This document shows positions 10,933 to 21,693 of a stretch of 64,000 nt of DNA, piece after piece (position 1 is the first letter of the stretch; each line of letters opens with the position of its first letter). This stretch comes from an uncultured Actinomycetes bacterium. GTDB lineage: Bacteria > Actinomycetota > Thermoleophilia > RBG-16-64-13. Made by a program: the position numbers and the translations under genes. The notes beneath the pieces were generated by a model. That model saw nothing but the letters and a program-made list of their open reading frames with translations, had not been told where the DNA came from and searched no databases. The DNA is taken from positions 576,001-640,000 of the forward strand of contig CAVPLM010000005.1 of assembly GCA_963706025.1 (NCBI GenBank). Direction: 5' to 3'.

Positions 10933-12666
10933 CTAGTCCTGCAAGACGCGGGTGGGTATGTGACGGTCGGTGGTGGTGCCGTCCCCGAGCTGGCCGGAAC
11001 TGTTCCATCCCCAGGCCCACCAGGAGCCGTTCTCCCTCAGGCCGAGGGAGTGACGCCAACCGCCGGCAGCAACCGCCTTCCAGTCGGTGCCCGTGCCGAT
11101 ACGGGTGGGCTTGTGACGGTCGGTGGTGCTGCCGTCTCCGAGCTGGCCGTAGTAGTTCCAACCCCAGGTCCACAGGGAGCCATTCTCTTTCAGAGCGAGG
11201 GATTGGTGCTCGCCGCTCCCAACGGCCTTCCAGTCGGTGTCCGTGCCGATGCGGGCGGGAAGGTGGCGTTCGGTGGTGCTGCCGTCGCCCACTTGCCCTT
11301 CGCTATTCCGTCCCCAAGCCCACAGGGAGCCGTCGGTCTTCAGAGCGAGGCAGTGGAAATTGGCAACAAAGGCCTTCCAGTCGGTGTCCGTGCCGATGCG
11401 GGTGGGAAGGTGGCGGTCGGTGGTGCTGCCGTCACCCAGTTGGCCCTCACGATTGTCTCCCCAGGCCCACAGGGAGCCGTCGGTCTTCAGGGCTACGCAG
11501 TGCCATACACCGGCGGAAACGGCCTTCCAGTCGGTGTCGGTGCCGATGCGGGTGGGAAGGTGGCGGTCGGTGGTGCTGCCGTCACCGAGTTGGCCGAGGT
11601 GGTTCCGACCCCAGGCCCACAGGGAGCCGTCCTCTTTCAGAGCGACAGAGTGCCACTCTCCGGCAGCAACGGCCTTCCAGTCGGTGTCAGTGCCCGATGC
11701 GGGTAGGAAGGCGGAGGTCGGTGGTGCGTGCCGTCACCCAGTTGGCCGTAGCGGTTATCTCCCCAAGCCCACAGGGAGCCGTCACTCTTGATGGCCAGAG
11801 AGTGGTACCAACCGGCGGCAACGCCCCTCCAGTCGGTGTCCGTCCCGATGCGGGTGGCAAGGTGGCGGTCGGTGGTGCTGCCGTCTCCGACTTGGCCGTC
11901 ACGATTGTCTCCCCAGGCCCACAAGGAGCCATCGGTCTGGAGAGCCAGGGAGTGGGACCCGGCAGTGGCGAGGAGGTTTGTGGGGTCCGTGGGCGGAGGG
12001 CCTTCCAGAGCTTTCAACAGGTTCCAGAGCATCTGGGCGCATTCGCCCCGGGTGGCAGACTGGAGTCCGTCCCATGAGGGAGAGAGACCCTCCAGACCCT
12101 CCAGCAGGCTGTTGAATTCCGCCTTGCGAATATTGGCGCCGTGGGTGGCATCAGAATACGTAAAGGACACCCGCCCAGGCGTCGGTGGGATTCTCCAGCT
12201 TTGATCCACCGGCTCTCACAACCATGGTTATGACCTGTTGCCGGGTGATCTGGTTGTAGGGCCGGAAGGTGTTGTCCAGATAGCCCGTGGTGAGACCGGT
12301 TCGTGCGGCGACGGCGATGTAGTGGTCGGGGTAGAGCGGATCGACGGAATCGACGGGTAGGACATCGTTGAAGGGGCAGATGTCGTCTTCCGTGGTCTGG
12401 AAGCCCATGGTCAGAACGATCATCTTGGCAAACTGCTGACGCTTGACCAGATCCTCCGGTCCGAAGTTGCCGTTGGTGTATCCGCCGATGACGCCCTGCG
12501 TGGCCATGCCCTCGATGGCTTCGTAGTACGGGTGGGAAGCAGGGACATCGGGGAAGGAAGCCTTAGCAGCAGTGGGCAGGGCAAGAATGAAGCCTACACC
12601 GAGCAAGAGCACGATTAGGGCTGTTCGCAGTCTGAGCGGCGACACGTGGCTTGGCGTGGCTCTCAT
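10933..12666 (-). CDS. SLH-domain + RCC1/BLIP-II beta-propeller surface protein (frameshifts near 12165 and 11690-11730)
   Basis: Signal peptide, [17 protein letters not shown]...TRQQ SLH repeats, then about seven 50-aa repeats [25 protein letters not shown]. Confidence 0.88.
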
Positions 12667-12802
12667 GGAACACGCACCTCCTCCTCGGGCAGGATCGATG
12701 CCCGCACGGGGCGATGACCGAGTGTCAGCTCTTGCGAAGCCCCGTCTCCAAGGTTTCCCCGAGCTATGAATGGGGGAAGTTCCTCGCTCCCCGTACAGGT
12801 TC

Positions 12803-12830
12803 AGTATAGGCCGGTTCTACTCTGGGTCAA
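12803..12830 (-). promoter_or_regulatory. sigma70-like promoter for the SLH-RCC1 gene
   Basis: TTGACC-N16-TATACT. Confidence 0.5.
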
Positions 12831-12840
12831 TACGAGGAGA

Positions 12841-12885
12841 CAAGCCCCCGCCGGCCAAGGCTAAACGCTACCGATCGGGGGCTTG
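12841..12885 (+). repeat. Hairpin-family copy C
   Basis: CAAGCCCCCG-C-CGG-CCA-AG..CT-A-CCG-AT-CGGGGGCTTG. Confidence 0.75.
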
Positions 12886-13021
12886 CCTTAATGGTAGGCG
12901 CGGCGATACGACGGGGCTATGGGACTCTGGCTGCAAAACAAGAAAGGCCCCGGGGACGCCGTCCAGCCAGAGCCTTCTGCTCACACAATCGGCAGCCACG
13001 AGTCAGTTCATTAGCAAATAG

Positions 13022-13090
13022 GAAAGCCCCCGCCGACCGAGCTTGGCGGGTAACACAGAAGGTTTGATCTTCCGATACTGAAGGTAGAAG
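13022..13090 (+). repeat. Hairpin-family copy D (left arm) fused to a sigma28-like promoter
   Basis: GAAAGCCCCCGCCGACCGAGCTTGG then TAAC-N16-TCCGATAC; aligns with 10473-10541. Confidence 0.75.
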
Positions 13091-13141
13091 GATCGAACGG
13101 GGCATGCGTGCCGATACAAGCACAACGGCAAAGGGCCTGAG

Positions 13142-13402
13142 ATGGACACTTCCGAGAAGGTGCGCGAAAACAGAGCGCGACGTACGGCCGCCCTGCAGGG
13201 CCTCGCCCTACGCAAGTCACGCCGACGCGATTCCCATGCCCTCGACTACGGGGGCTACTGGTTGATCGAAGGGGAGGCCAATGCTGTGGTCGTTGGGGAC
13301 CTTTGGGGCATGAGCCTCGATGACGTGGAAGGCTGGCTCAAGCGCGATAGACAGCAGGTTCCGATCGTCCGCTTCATACCGTCTACGTGCTCGCTCCGCT
13401 GA
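13142..13402 (+). CDS. Small basic hypothetical protein, mobile-element-associated type
   Basis: KVRENRARRTAALQGLALRKSRRRD..ALDYGGYWLI..MSLDDVEGWL; recalled as resembling actinobacterial phage/ICE small proteins. Confidence 0.6.
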   Translation: MDTSEKVRENRARRTAALQGLALRKSRRRDSHALDYGGYWLIEGEANAVVVGDLWGMSLDDVEGWLKRDRQQVPIVRFIPSTCSLR

Positions 13403-13403
13403 G

Positions 13404-13441
13404 AGCCCCCAGCGGCCGAGCGTGAACGCTACCATAGGGGC
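13404..13441 (+). repeat. Hairpin-family copy E
   Basis: AGCCCC-CAGC-GG-CCG-AGCGT-GA-ACGCT-A-CC-ATA-GGGGC, directly after a stop codon. Confidence 0.7.
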
Positions 13442-13736
13442 GTGTCCTCACGGTAGTCGCGATCGTGCGTGGTAGCGTGCTGACTTGTGTGCAGAAGCTC
13501 TTCGAGGAAGGACTGAAGAAGAGGTCATTGTATGCACGTGATGCCAAGTCACCCCTACGAGAGGGAGCACACCATTACCCAGAGGAAGTCTAGAGCGTTC
13601 GCTCCCCCTCGACTGCCGTCCGGTCGCGGCACGAAGCCCGAAGGGGTCTCTTGGGAGCTGACAAGACTCGCCGCAGGGGCTCTACGCCGACTACAATTCA
13701 AATGAGGAGGATCTCCGAGAATAGGGAGGGAGAGCA

Positions 13737-14189
13737 GTGGCAGAGAAGAGGATAACCAAGGAAGACGAACTGAGGAAGGTACCTCTATTCAGCAAGTTAA
13801 GTAAGAAGAACCTGGCGGAGATCGCCCGAATAGCGGATGTGCTTGAACGGCCGGCAGGCGAGGTCTTGGTCAACGAAGATGCGCTGAGCTTCGAATTCGT
13901 GATGATCCTGGAAGGTCAGGCGAAGGCTGAGCAATGCGGGAAACTGCTCGGCCGACTCTCCCAGAACGATTTCTTCGGGGAAGTAGGTCTTATCGCGCAC
14001 AGGCCGAGCCCAGCAACCGTTACGGCCGAAACCACCGTGAGGCTCCTGGTGGTAGAGCCGAGGTATTTCTATGATCTGCTTGAACAGGCGCCTGATCTAT
14101 GGAAAGAAATAGCGATCGCTCTGTGCGATTACATTCCCAGCACATGTGATTTCCCATTGGAGATGGAGACGGCACGCGTCACACGGTGA
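13737..14189 (+). CDS. Stand-alone cyclic nucleotide-binding domain protein
   Basis: LRKVPLFSKL, FVMILEGQA, FFGEVGLI..RPSPATVTA. Confidence 0.9.
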   Translation: MAEKRITKEDELRKVPLFSKLSKKNLAEIARIADVLERPAGEVLVNEDALSFEFVMILEGQAKAEQCGKLLGRLSQNDFFGEVGLIAHRPSPATVTAETTVRLLVVEPRYFYDLLEQAPDLWKEIAIALCDYIPSTCDFPLEMETARVTR

Positions 14190-14446
14190 GTGGGGCAAGA
14201 GCTCGTTGCCGTGGCGCCTTGGGGTGTAGCCAAAGAAACCCTCGCTATCGACCCCTGCCTGCCCGCACCCTCAATCCCCCGCCCAAAGACTCTCGGGAAG
14301 TTCACCGGGCCGGGGGCCAGTCGGTAACGATCACCATGACCAAGTAGCGTGCTTCAGGGCCCTGAGATTCAGCCCGCGCCCCGACACCCAGGGTCTTCAA
14401 TCGGGAGCAGTATCTGCCCTTGCTGCCGGCGGTAGCTTTGGCAGCC

Positions 14447-16324
14447 TCATTCGCCGCTCGTCGTCGGCATGAGGACCCCGCCTTTAGCGAGGAAGTTCCA
14501 GAGGGCTTGAGCCGCCTCTGCTCTTGTCGCCGGTCGCCAGGGATCCCACCCCCTCCCGTAGCCGATCAGCCCGTCGACCAATCCGTTCAGCTCCGCCCGA
14601 AGCATGTAGGGGCCGTGAATCGGATCGAAGGGTCCAAGTGCGCCCTGGTAGTTGGGCGGCCAGTTGGTGGTGGGGTGACTGCCGAGCACACCCGGCTTCA
14701 TAGTGTCGAGACCGCGCACAAGGAGGGTCATAAGCTGCGCCCGTGTGAGCGTCGCGTAGGGGGAGAATGTCGTGGGACTGGTTCCCTTGGCAATACCCCG
14801 GCCGGCAAGGGCAGCCACATAGGCGCCGGGGTACAAGCCCGGCTCCATGTCCTCGAACGGAGCCACAGCGTCCGGGTCCACCGGTATGTCCAGGGCGAGG
14901 GCGAGCATTTTGGCGAACTGCCCGCGGGTGAGGGTGGCATCGGGGCGGTACTCACACCCGGCAGCGGAAGGGTAACCGCCGACTACCTCCCGCTCCTTGA
15001 GGCCTTGAATGGCGGTGCGATAGGGATGGGTCCCGGGAACGTCGAGAAACGCCTCAACCGGCGAAGCCACAGGAGAGGCGAGGAGAAGCTCGAGAGGTTT
15101 GCTCGCAGGGGAAGGCCACCAGCCACTGCCGCTGGCAAAGACCACATGCTCCCCGTCGGCGTCGTAGTCGTTGTTTTGGCCAAAAAGGGTGGCAAGCCGG
15201 GTGGTCGTCTGGCGGGAGCGGTCGTAGACGCAGAGGTAGTTCATGGCGGTACCCACCCAGCGCCCGGTGAACTGTGCGTGCCAGATGAGGAGATCGCCGC
15301 GCAGAACGAGGCCTCCCACGCTGTAGCCCGGGCTTGGGATCCGGGTAAGGGCACCGGTAGGCACGTGGTAGAGCGCTGCATAGGGGGAGCCATCCGCGTA
15401 GCCTGCCCAAGCGATGAGATCTCCATCGCCCTGGACGGATTCGAGTTTGGTTGACTCCTTATCGAGAGGCCGTAGCTCACCAGAAATCAGGTCGTAGGTG
15501 AAGAACTGCTCGACCCCCCCATAGATGCTCCAGGTACGGAAGACCACGAGCGTGTTCCCGGCCAGCGCCAGAACCTGATAGCCGGCAAGCGGCACGAGTT
15601 CACCCATCTCGCCCGTACTCATGGAATAGACCCACACCTGGTCAGGTCGTTCCGCAGAGAAGGGGTCATAGTAGTCCCACGCGACCCAGTCCGAGCTCGC
15701 AACATGAAGGCCCGGGGCGCCGCCGCCCGGCTCTCCGGAGGCCAGGGTGACCGTCTCGTTTCTGGAGAGATCGTGCATAAGGAGCCCCGTGTCCCCGGCC
15801 TCTGGTCCCTCGATGCCAACCTGGGCGGCAGATACCCAGAGCACCTTGTCGCCGTGAATGCTTAGGTAGTACTTGGTATTTGTCTGGGCATCGGCCGTGA
15901 GTTGCCGGTTCTCGCCAGTAGAGATGGTGTGGACAAAGACATCTCCTCCAGGTAGACCGGCTGAGCCGGCCGGAGCCACTCCCAGGTAGGCAACGTGGTC
16001 GCCCTCGATCTCCGGCTCGATGCCGTCTGTCGCGATGGTCTGCCGATCGCCGGTGGCGATGTCGTAGAGGACGACCCTGGTCCCCACCGCGGTATTCCCT
16101 TCTACCCAGACGACCCAGCCGTCGCCCAGGCGGGCATGAGAGCGGCTACCAGATGCCTGGTCAGAAAGAGACGTGAACTGCCAGCCATCGACCGAGGGGG
16201 CAGCGAGCACCGGCGAGGCAAAGAGAAGAAAGAGAAGAAAGAGAAGGATTGGGCCAAGGAGCAACAGGGTGAGTAGTCCAGGACGGTTCACGCTTCGTTC
16301 CTGCTTCTTGCAGAGCAGTTTCAT
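14447..16324 (-). CDS. Secreted beta-propeller repeat protein with C-terminal SLH domains
   Basis: Signal peptide; GDxxxW repeats; FLDVPGTHPYRTAI, TRGQFAKML, TRAQ, TRAEAA. Confidence 0.88.
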   Translation of the reverse strand: MKLLCKKQERSVNRPGLLTLLLLGPILLFLLFLLFASPVLAAPSVDGWQFTSLSDQASGSRSHARLGDGWVVWVEGNTAVGTRVVLYDIATGDRQTIATDGIEPEIEGDHVAYLGVAPAGSAGLPGGDVFVHTISTGENRQLTADAQTNTKYYLSIHGDKVLWVSAAQVGIEGPEAGDTGLLMHDLSRNETVTLASGEPGGGAPGLHVASSDWVAWDYYDPFSAERPDQVWVYSMSTGEMGELVPLAGYQVLALAGNTLVVFRTWSIYGGVEQFFTYDLISGELRPLDKESTKLESVQGDGDLIAWAGYADGSPYAALYHVPTGALTRIPSPGYSVGGLVLRGDLLIWHAQFTGRWVGTAMNYLCVYDRSRQTTTRLATLFGQNNDYDADGEHVVFASGSGWWPSPASKPLELLLASPVASPVEAFLDVPGTHPYRTAIQGLKEREVVGGYPSAAGCEYRPDATLTRGQFAKMLALALDIPVDPDAVAPFEDMEPGLYPGAYVAALAGRGIAKGTSPTTFSPYATLTRAQLMTLLVRGLDTMKPGVLGSHPTTNWPPNYQGALGPFDPIHGPYMLRAELNGLVDGLIGYGRGWDPWRPATRAEAAQALWNFLAKGGVLMPTTSGE

Positions 16325-16566
16325 TGGCAGCCCCCTCACACTTCAGCCGAAGGGCCCGGACCCTGACTCCAGAATAGGTTATCACCTCGTCCTCACGCTA
16401 CCCCTGTCGGGCACGGTTGCTCTGTGCCCCCCCCAGACAAGCGGACACTATGAGCACATGGTGGGGCCCCCCAGGCCCTAACAATGCGGATAGCTAGCCT
16501 CTGTCCGGCTGGGCCCGGCCTGTGATGCGGTGAGTCGTCCGCTTCGCCATAGAAACCGTGACGTAC

Positions 16567-18609
16567 CTACCAGACCGCCTCCAGCCACTCGGCAAGCTGT
16601 TGGGGTGCGCCGTCTGCCATCCAGTCCGTCGCGGTGTGTCCGGTGCCGTAGTTCACTACCGTCCACTCGGCCCCGACTCTCTGGAGAAGAAGTTCCAGGC
16701 GGTCCGAGTCATTCAGATGGTTGATGATCAGGGCACCCGCCCATGAGCCGACTACCTTGAGCTGAGCAAGGCTGAACTCATTGGGGTAGAGGTCAAGTTC
16801 AAGCCCTATCGCCTGGCTGATGGCCTCCTCCTCTTCGCCCGGGGTCGGTCGGTTGAGAAGGTTGTACAACAAGGCGGCTACCTCGCCCCGCGTGGCGGGG
16901 GAGAAGAAGTCAAAGTCCGCTCCTATCCCTTCTATCTTGTTCAGTAGTCCGACCCAAGCCGCCCTGCGCGCATTCAGGTAATGCTCGCTCGGATAGAACT
17001 GCCCAGCGTTGAAGGGCGGCGCATAATAGGGAGGTATGTCGGGGAGGTTGGCCGCTCGGACGACCATGGTGATGAGTTGCTGTCGAGTTATGTAGTCGTA
17101 GGGAGCAAAGGTGGTGGCGGTCTTGCCCTCAGTGATGCCATGGACGGCACAGACAGCCACGTAGTGGTCGGGGTAGTTCAGATCGAGAGGGTCGACACTG
17201 CTCCCGGGTAGGCTCTTTTGCACGTCGGTGAAGAGGCAGATGTCGGCGTCCGAGACAGGGTAACCCAGAGCGCGGACGATCATCTTGGCGAACTGCTGGC
17301 GAAGAACCGGGCTATCGGGGCGGAAGGTGCCGTCTGGATAGCCGGAGAGGATTCCGCGCGCGTAAAGGTCTTCGATGGCGTCCTTGTAGTGGGTGTCCGG
17401 GCCCACATCGGTGAAAGCCCCTACAGGGCCGGCAACGGCGGTGAAGATCTCGTCGTCCGTTCCGTCGTTCCCTGTCCACACGATCCGGTCGCCGGAGACC
17501 TGCGGTTCCCTCTCCTCGCGGCTGTTCGAGGTGATCTTGACCGTGCCGCCCGCGGGGGTCCAGGCGAAGACCTCGTAGTCGGTGCCGTCTTCGCCGATCC
17601 ACACCACTCGGTCGCCGGAAACCCGCTGGTGGTCTTCTTGATAGCTGTTGGCGGTGAGCTGAGTGATGCCGTCGGCCGGGGTCCAGGTGAAGATGTCGCG
17701 ATCGGCTCCGTCGTAGCCATACCAGACCACCCGGTCGCCGGAGACCTCCGGGTACCCGTCCGAGTAGCCGTTCGATGTGATCTGTACGGTCCCTTCCGTC
17801 GGCGTCCAGGTGAAGATCTCCCAGGGACCGCCGGTGCTGAACCATACGACCCGGTCACCGGATACCGCCAGCTCCTCGTTGGCATGGCCGTCTGACGTGA
17901 GCTGAACGGTTGCACTTCCCGGGGTCCAGGTGAGGACATCCGAATAGATGCCGCGCGTGCATATCCAGGCGATACGATCACCCGACAGCTCGGGCCAAGC
18001 ACCGCTGTAGCCGTTCAAGGGGATCTCGACGGTTCCGCCAGCGGGGGTCCAGGTGAAGATCTTCTCGCCCGTGCCGTCGAAGCGGTACCATGCCACCCGA
18101 TCGCCGGAGACCCGCGGGATGACCTCCCGATACGCGTTCGTGGTCAACCGCACCGTCCCCCCAGCGGGCGTCCAGGTGAAGATCTCGCCGCCCGTGCCGA
18201 CATCGCCGCACCACACCACCCGATCGCCGGAGACCTGCGGGCCATAGTCCTCGACCCCGTTCGAGGTCAACTGCACGATTCCGCCCGCTGGGGTCCAGGT
18301 GAAGATCTCGCCGTCCGTGCCATCGTTGCCGGACCACACAACCCGATCGCCGGAGACCTGCGGCTGGCTATCGTACCTGCTGTTCGAAGTCAGTTGGGTA
18401 GTGAAGTACGCCTCGGAGGCCGCCCCCGCACCGGTCGACAAGGTCAGCGCCAGCAGCGTTGACAGTGCTGCCGCTAGAACGAGCCCTCTTGCGGCACGTC
18501 GGCGGTGTCGCACAGATGGAGCGCCCAGTGCCGCTCTGCCAGACTTCTCCGCCGGCGTGGGCCGAGGAGCGGTCCTCGGCCGTCCTGTGACGTACCCAGC
18601 AGTCGCCAA
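16567..18609 (-). CDS. TolB-like repeat (PQVSGDRVVW..EIFTWTPAGG) protein with SLH domains
   Basis: About eight 41-42-aa repeats, SLH x3, extra C-terminal domain. Confidence 0.9.
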   Translation of the reverse strand: MATAGYVTGRPRTAPRPTPAEKSGRAALGAPSVRHRRRAARGLVLAAALSTLLALTLSTGAGAASEAYFTTQLTSNSRYDSQPQVSGDRVVWSGNDGTDGEIFTWTPAGGIVQLTSNGVEDYGPQVSGDRVVWCGDVGTGGEIFTWTPAGGTVRLTTNAYREVIPRVSGDRVAWYRFDGTGEKIFTWTPAGGTVEIPLNGYSGAWPELSGDRIAWICTRGIYSDVLTWTPGSATVQLTSDGHANEELAVSGDRVVWFSTGGPWEIFTWTPTEGTVQITSNGYSDGYPEVSGDRVVWYGYDGADRDIFTWTPADGITQLTANSYQEDHQRVSGDRVVWIGEDGTDYEVFAWTPAGGTVKITSNSREEREPQVSGDRIVWTGNDGTDDEIFTAVAGPVGAFTDVGPDTHYKDAIEDLYARGILSGYPDGTFRPDSPVLRQQFAKMIVRALGYPVSDADICLFTDVQKSLPGSSVDPLDLNYPDHYVAVCAVHGITEGKTATTFAPYDYITRQQLITMVVRAANLPDIPPYYAPPFNAGQFYPSEHYLNARRAAWVGLLNKIEGIGADFDFFSPATRGEVAALLYNLLNRPTPGEEEEAISQAIGLELDLYPNEFSLAQLKVVGSWAGALIINHLNDSDRLELLLQRVGAEWTVVNYGTGHTATDWMADGAPQQLAEWLEAVW

Positions 18610-18754
18610 GAGTCCATCTCCCGACCTCCAGACCTCTACGTTGGACGCAGCATAGCTGCACTCACATTACGATTAGGCGCAGGCGACCACAGTGCCCGGG
18701 CGAAGAAACGAATACTATGGCCCATAGACACCCACCCTTCAACGCGGGAGCTAC

Positions 18755-20629
18755 CTATTCCCTCCCCTCCTGTTCGAGCAGCGAAAGAGCGTTCCAGATC
18801 ATCTGGGCGGCCTCTCCCCGAGTGCATGAGTCATAGGCATCCCACCGCTGCAGCCAATCGATCAGACTGGATAGCAGGTCGTTGGCATAGGCCCGTCTCA
18901 GGTTGGTTCGATGAGGCGGGTCCCAGAAGTAAGCACCGGGAGCTTCGGCCTGGGCCACGGTGACGAGGCCCGGATAGATCGTATCCAGCGCCCGCACCAG
19001 CATGGAGACAGCTTGGCCGCGGGTTAGGGGACCGTAGGGATCAAAGCGGTCCGGAGTCTTCCCCTGTACGATGCCACGAGCGGCAAGTGCCGCCACGTAC
19101 TCGTGCGGGTAGAGGTTTTCCTCGTCGTCAGCTCCCAGGTCGCCGAAGGGAGCGACAAGCTCTTCGGTGACGGGCAGGTCAAACGCCTCGCAGATCATCT
19201 TGGCGAACTGCGCCCGCAGGAGCGGCTCGTCCGGCCGGAACACCGTCCCTCTCCGGCCGGGCTCCGGTAGGGGTAGCCGGTGGCGATCCCCAGCTCGTCC
19301 ATGCCCAGGATGGCCGTGCGGAAGCGATGCTGGCCCGGTACGTCGGCGAAGGGATCGACGAAGGACGAGGGCGCCGTCGCAACCATGAACCTGTCAGGGG
19401 GCTCGGGCACCCCGGTCTCCATGGAGAACCAGTGCTTCCACCAGACGACGGTGCGGTCGTTCACCAACGCAAGCTGGTCCATCGACGTCCGGTTGGACGA
19501 GAGCTGTGTGATCTGCCCGGTCAGGAGATCGTAGGCCATGATCTCCGACTCGAGTTCACCACCCCGCTCCCAGGCCACGATGCCGTCCGCGATCTCCGGG
19601 GTGAAGTTCAGGAACTGGTTCTCACTCACGTCGATGATCTGGCCGGTCTGGCTATCGTAGGCTTTGATCTTCCTCAGGGTGGTTTCGTAGGCGGGCCCGC
19701 CCTCGTAGGTATCCCAGACCACGAAGCGCCCGTCGGTCTTGGGGAAGGCTTCCGGCGCTTCCCTGGCCGCGATCTTCTCGGTCTTTCCAGTCGAAATCCG
19801 GTGCAGGAAGATGTCCAGGGATTGCGTAGGGGCTCATGTGTGGAGAGGAAGAAGCGGGCGAAGAGACCCAGGTGACCAGATCACCCTCGAGACTTACGTG
19901 AAGAGACTCGGCCGGAGTGGAGCCGAGCTTGGTCTTGGCTCCTGTCTGGATATCGTAGAGCCACACCTCGCCGTCTTCCTGCGGAGAGGGGGTGGTGATG
20001 AAGGCCAGGTGGGAAGCGTCCAGGTCGATGGAGGTATTGCCGCTCGAGCTGGCCCCGCCTACATAAACGCGGTCGGCCACCTGCACGGTGGCATTAGCAC
20101 TGATGGTGTAGAGGTAGAGCGCCGGTCGGCCGAAGGTCTGTCCGTCGGCGGGATCGATCTGGACCCAGGCTATGTGGTCGCCCACGATCCAGGGCCCGGT
20201 GCCCATCCCCAGGTAGAAGCGAGCATGAGCGACGAGCCGCCTCTCCTTGGTGGCAAGATCGTAGAGCCAAAGGTCCCCGGGATCACGATAGTCGGAGGTG
20301 GCCTCGTGGCTCACGAAGACCACCCGGTCTCCATCCAAGGCTACCGAGGTCTCAATCTCGGGGGTGTTGGTCAGCTGGGTGCTCGCGCCGGCTGCTAGGT
20401 CGACTACGTAGATATCCGCCTGCTCAGCCGAGGATGCGCTCCAGGCTATGGTGTCTTGATCGAAGGCCAGATCGAAGGTGATGGGGATCTCCAAGTCCCC
20501 CAGGTCTCTGAAATGCCAGCCGGCCACGTCCAGTGAAGCGGAGGCCGGGCTGGGAACGAGCAGCAAGGCCGCCCCCGTGAGGAGGAGGAAAAGGACGAAA
20601 GATACCGCGGTGCGGGCGCGGTTCACCAT
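18755..20629 (-). CDS. Beta-propeller + SLH surface protein (frameshifts near 19830 and 19250)
   Basis: Three consecutive ORF pieces: signal peptide MVNRART..., propeller repeats, FADVPGQHRFRTAI / LRAQFAKMI / TRGEAA. Confidence 0.8.
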
Positions 20630-20807
20630 GCACTCCCTTGGCAATAGCCGAGGTACCTCGGGACGCCGCTCCGGGCCGCTAAGCTGGAACATGGACTCCA
20701 CCTCTTTCATGTCCAGACAGGGGATAAACATGCCATAGGAAGGGTGATCGACAGGCTCGTCCGGTTTCCTCTGTCCTGCATCGAGTTGTAACCCTACACC
20801 CAAGCAC

Positions 20808-21551
20808 CTAGAGGGTCGGGATGAGGAAGTAGGTGAGGTCGCCCTCCGCCGCCAAAGAGGCCATGCCGCTCGGACGCTTGTGGAACAGGGCAAACTGAAG
20901 GGCAACATCTGTTGGACCAAATTCGCGGCGCGGATCATCCGGATCCAGCCGCACAAACGAATCCTCCTCCAGGTAGAAAGCCCGCTCCATCGGCAGGACG
21001 GCTCCGTGGCCTTCGTACTCGCGCATGTCGATGGAGAGCTGGTAGCCGCTCAGGTCTTTCGCCGCCGCTATTTCCGGCTGCAGCTCGTTCTCGAAAGCGC
21101 GAAGTCCCAGGCGATCGAGCACCCGAAAGGTATTGTCTAGAGACGTAGCCCAGGAGCTCTGGGGGAGCGGCGTCTCCTCCCAACGGCCGCCATACACCTG
21201 CATGGTTGACGAACCGGAGAAGAAGTCTAGCTCAAGCAGGTAGTGATCCGCGGTCAGTACCTGCACCTGCAACGAGCTGATACTGCCAGAGGGAGCGTAG
21301 AGCAGTCTAAACTGCTGGAGCTGCGCCCTTTCAGACTGCACCCCGGCTTTGCCCGCGACGAGCCCCCACAAGCGATTGAAGCTCAGTGAATAGGCGTCCG
21401 TAGGCGCATCGACCGAGACGCTGATCCGATCGGCCGCTCCCGCGTGACTTCTCGCCGAAAGGACCGGGATGACAGCCGCGGCGATGACTAGCACAAAAAC
21501 GGTGATAAGTAGTTTGGGAGATCGCCATCGATTGGAGGTTACGCCGCCCAT
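20808..21551 (-). CDS. Secreted or membrane-anchored hypothetical protein
   Basis: RBS GGAGG; N-terminal hydrophobic helix; 247 aa. Confidence 0.7.
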   Translation of the reverse strand: MGGVTSNRWRSPKLLITVFVLVIAAAVIPVLSARSHAGAADRISVSVDAPTDAYSLSFNRLWGLVAGKAGVQSERAQLQQFRLLYAPSGSISSLQVQVLTADHYLLELDFFSGSSTMQVYGGRWEETPLPQSSWATSLDNTFRVLDRLGLRAFENELQPEIAAAKDLSGYQLSIDMREYEGHGAVLPMERAFYLEEDSFVRLDPDDPRREFGPTDVALQFALFHKRPSGMASLAAEGDLTYFLIPTL

Positions 21552-21676
21552 GCCCTACCTCCGACTTCCTTCCAGTAAGCCGCGCCTGATGTCAGGTCAA
21601 GCCGAAACCCGCCGTCAGCTCGCCAAGGTCCCAGCTACCAGCCTACATCGAGAGCGCCGCTTGTGCCAGCGAGGAC

Positions 21677-21693
21677 TTAGCGAGTCTCGCTAA
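21677..21693. promoter_or_regulatory. Perfect palindrome, candidate operator
   Basis: TTAGCGAG-T-CTCGCTAA, just downstream of a minus-strand TTGACA (21715-21720). Confidence 0.4.

Noticed and set aside
10933-11960. CRISPR array or DGR template/variable repeats
   Set aside because: The roughly 150-bp repeats are coding RCC1 units; no spacers, cas genes or reverse transcriptase
12710-12808. c-di-AMP (ydaO) or c-di-GMP-I riboswitch
   Set aside because: Only partial motifs (CUGAA..GGAAC..AGCUGAC) are present, the CCGUC segment is missing, and the 5' part overlaps a likely -10 box
17440-18400. Tandem DNA repeat array
   Set aside because: Explained by coding beta-propeller repeats
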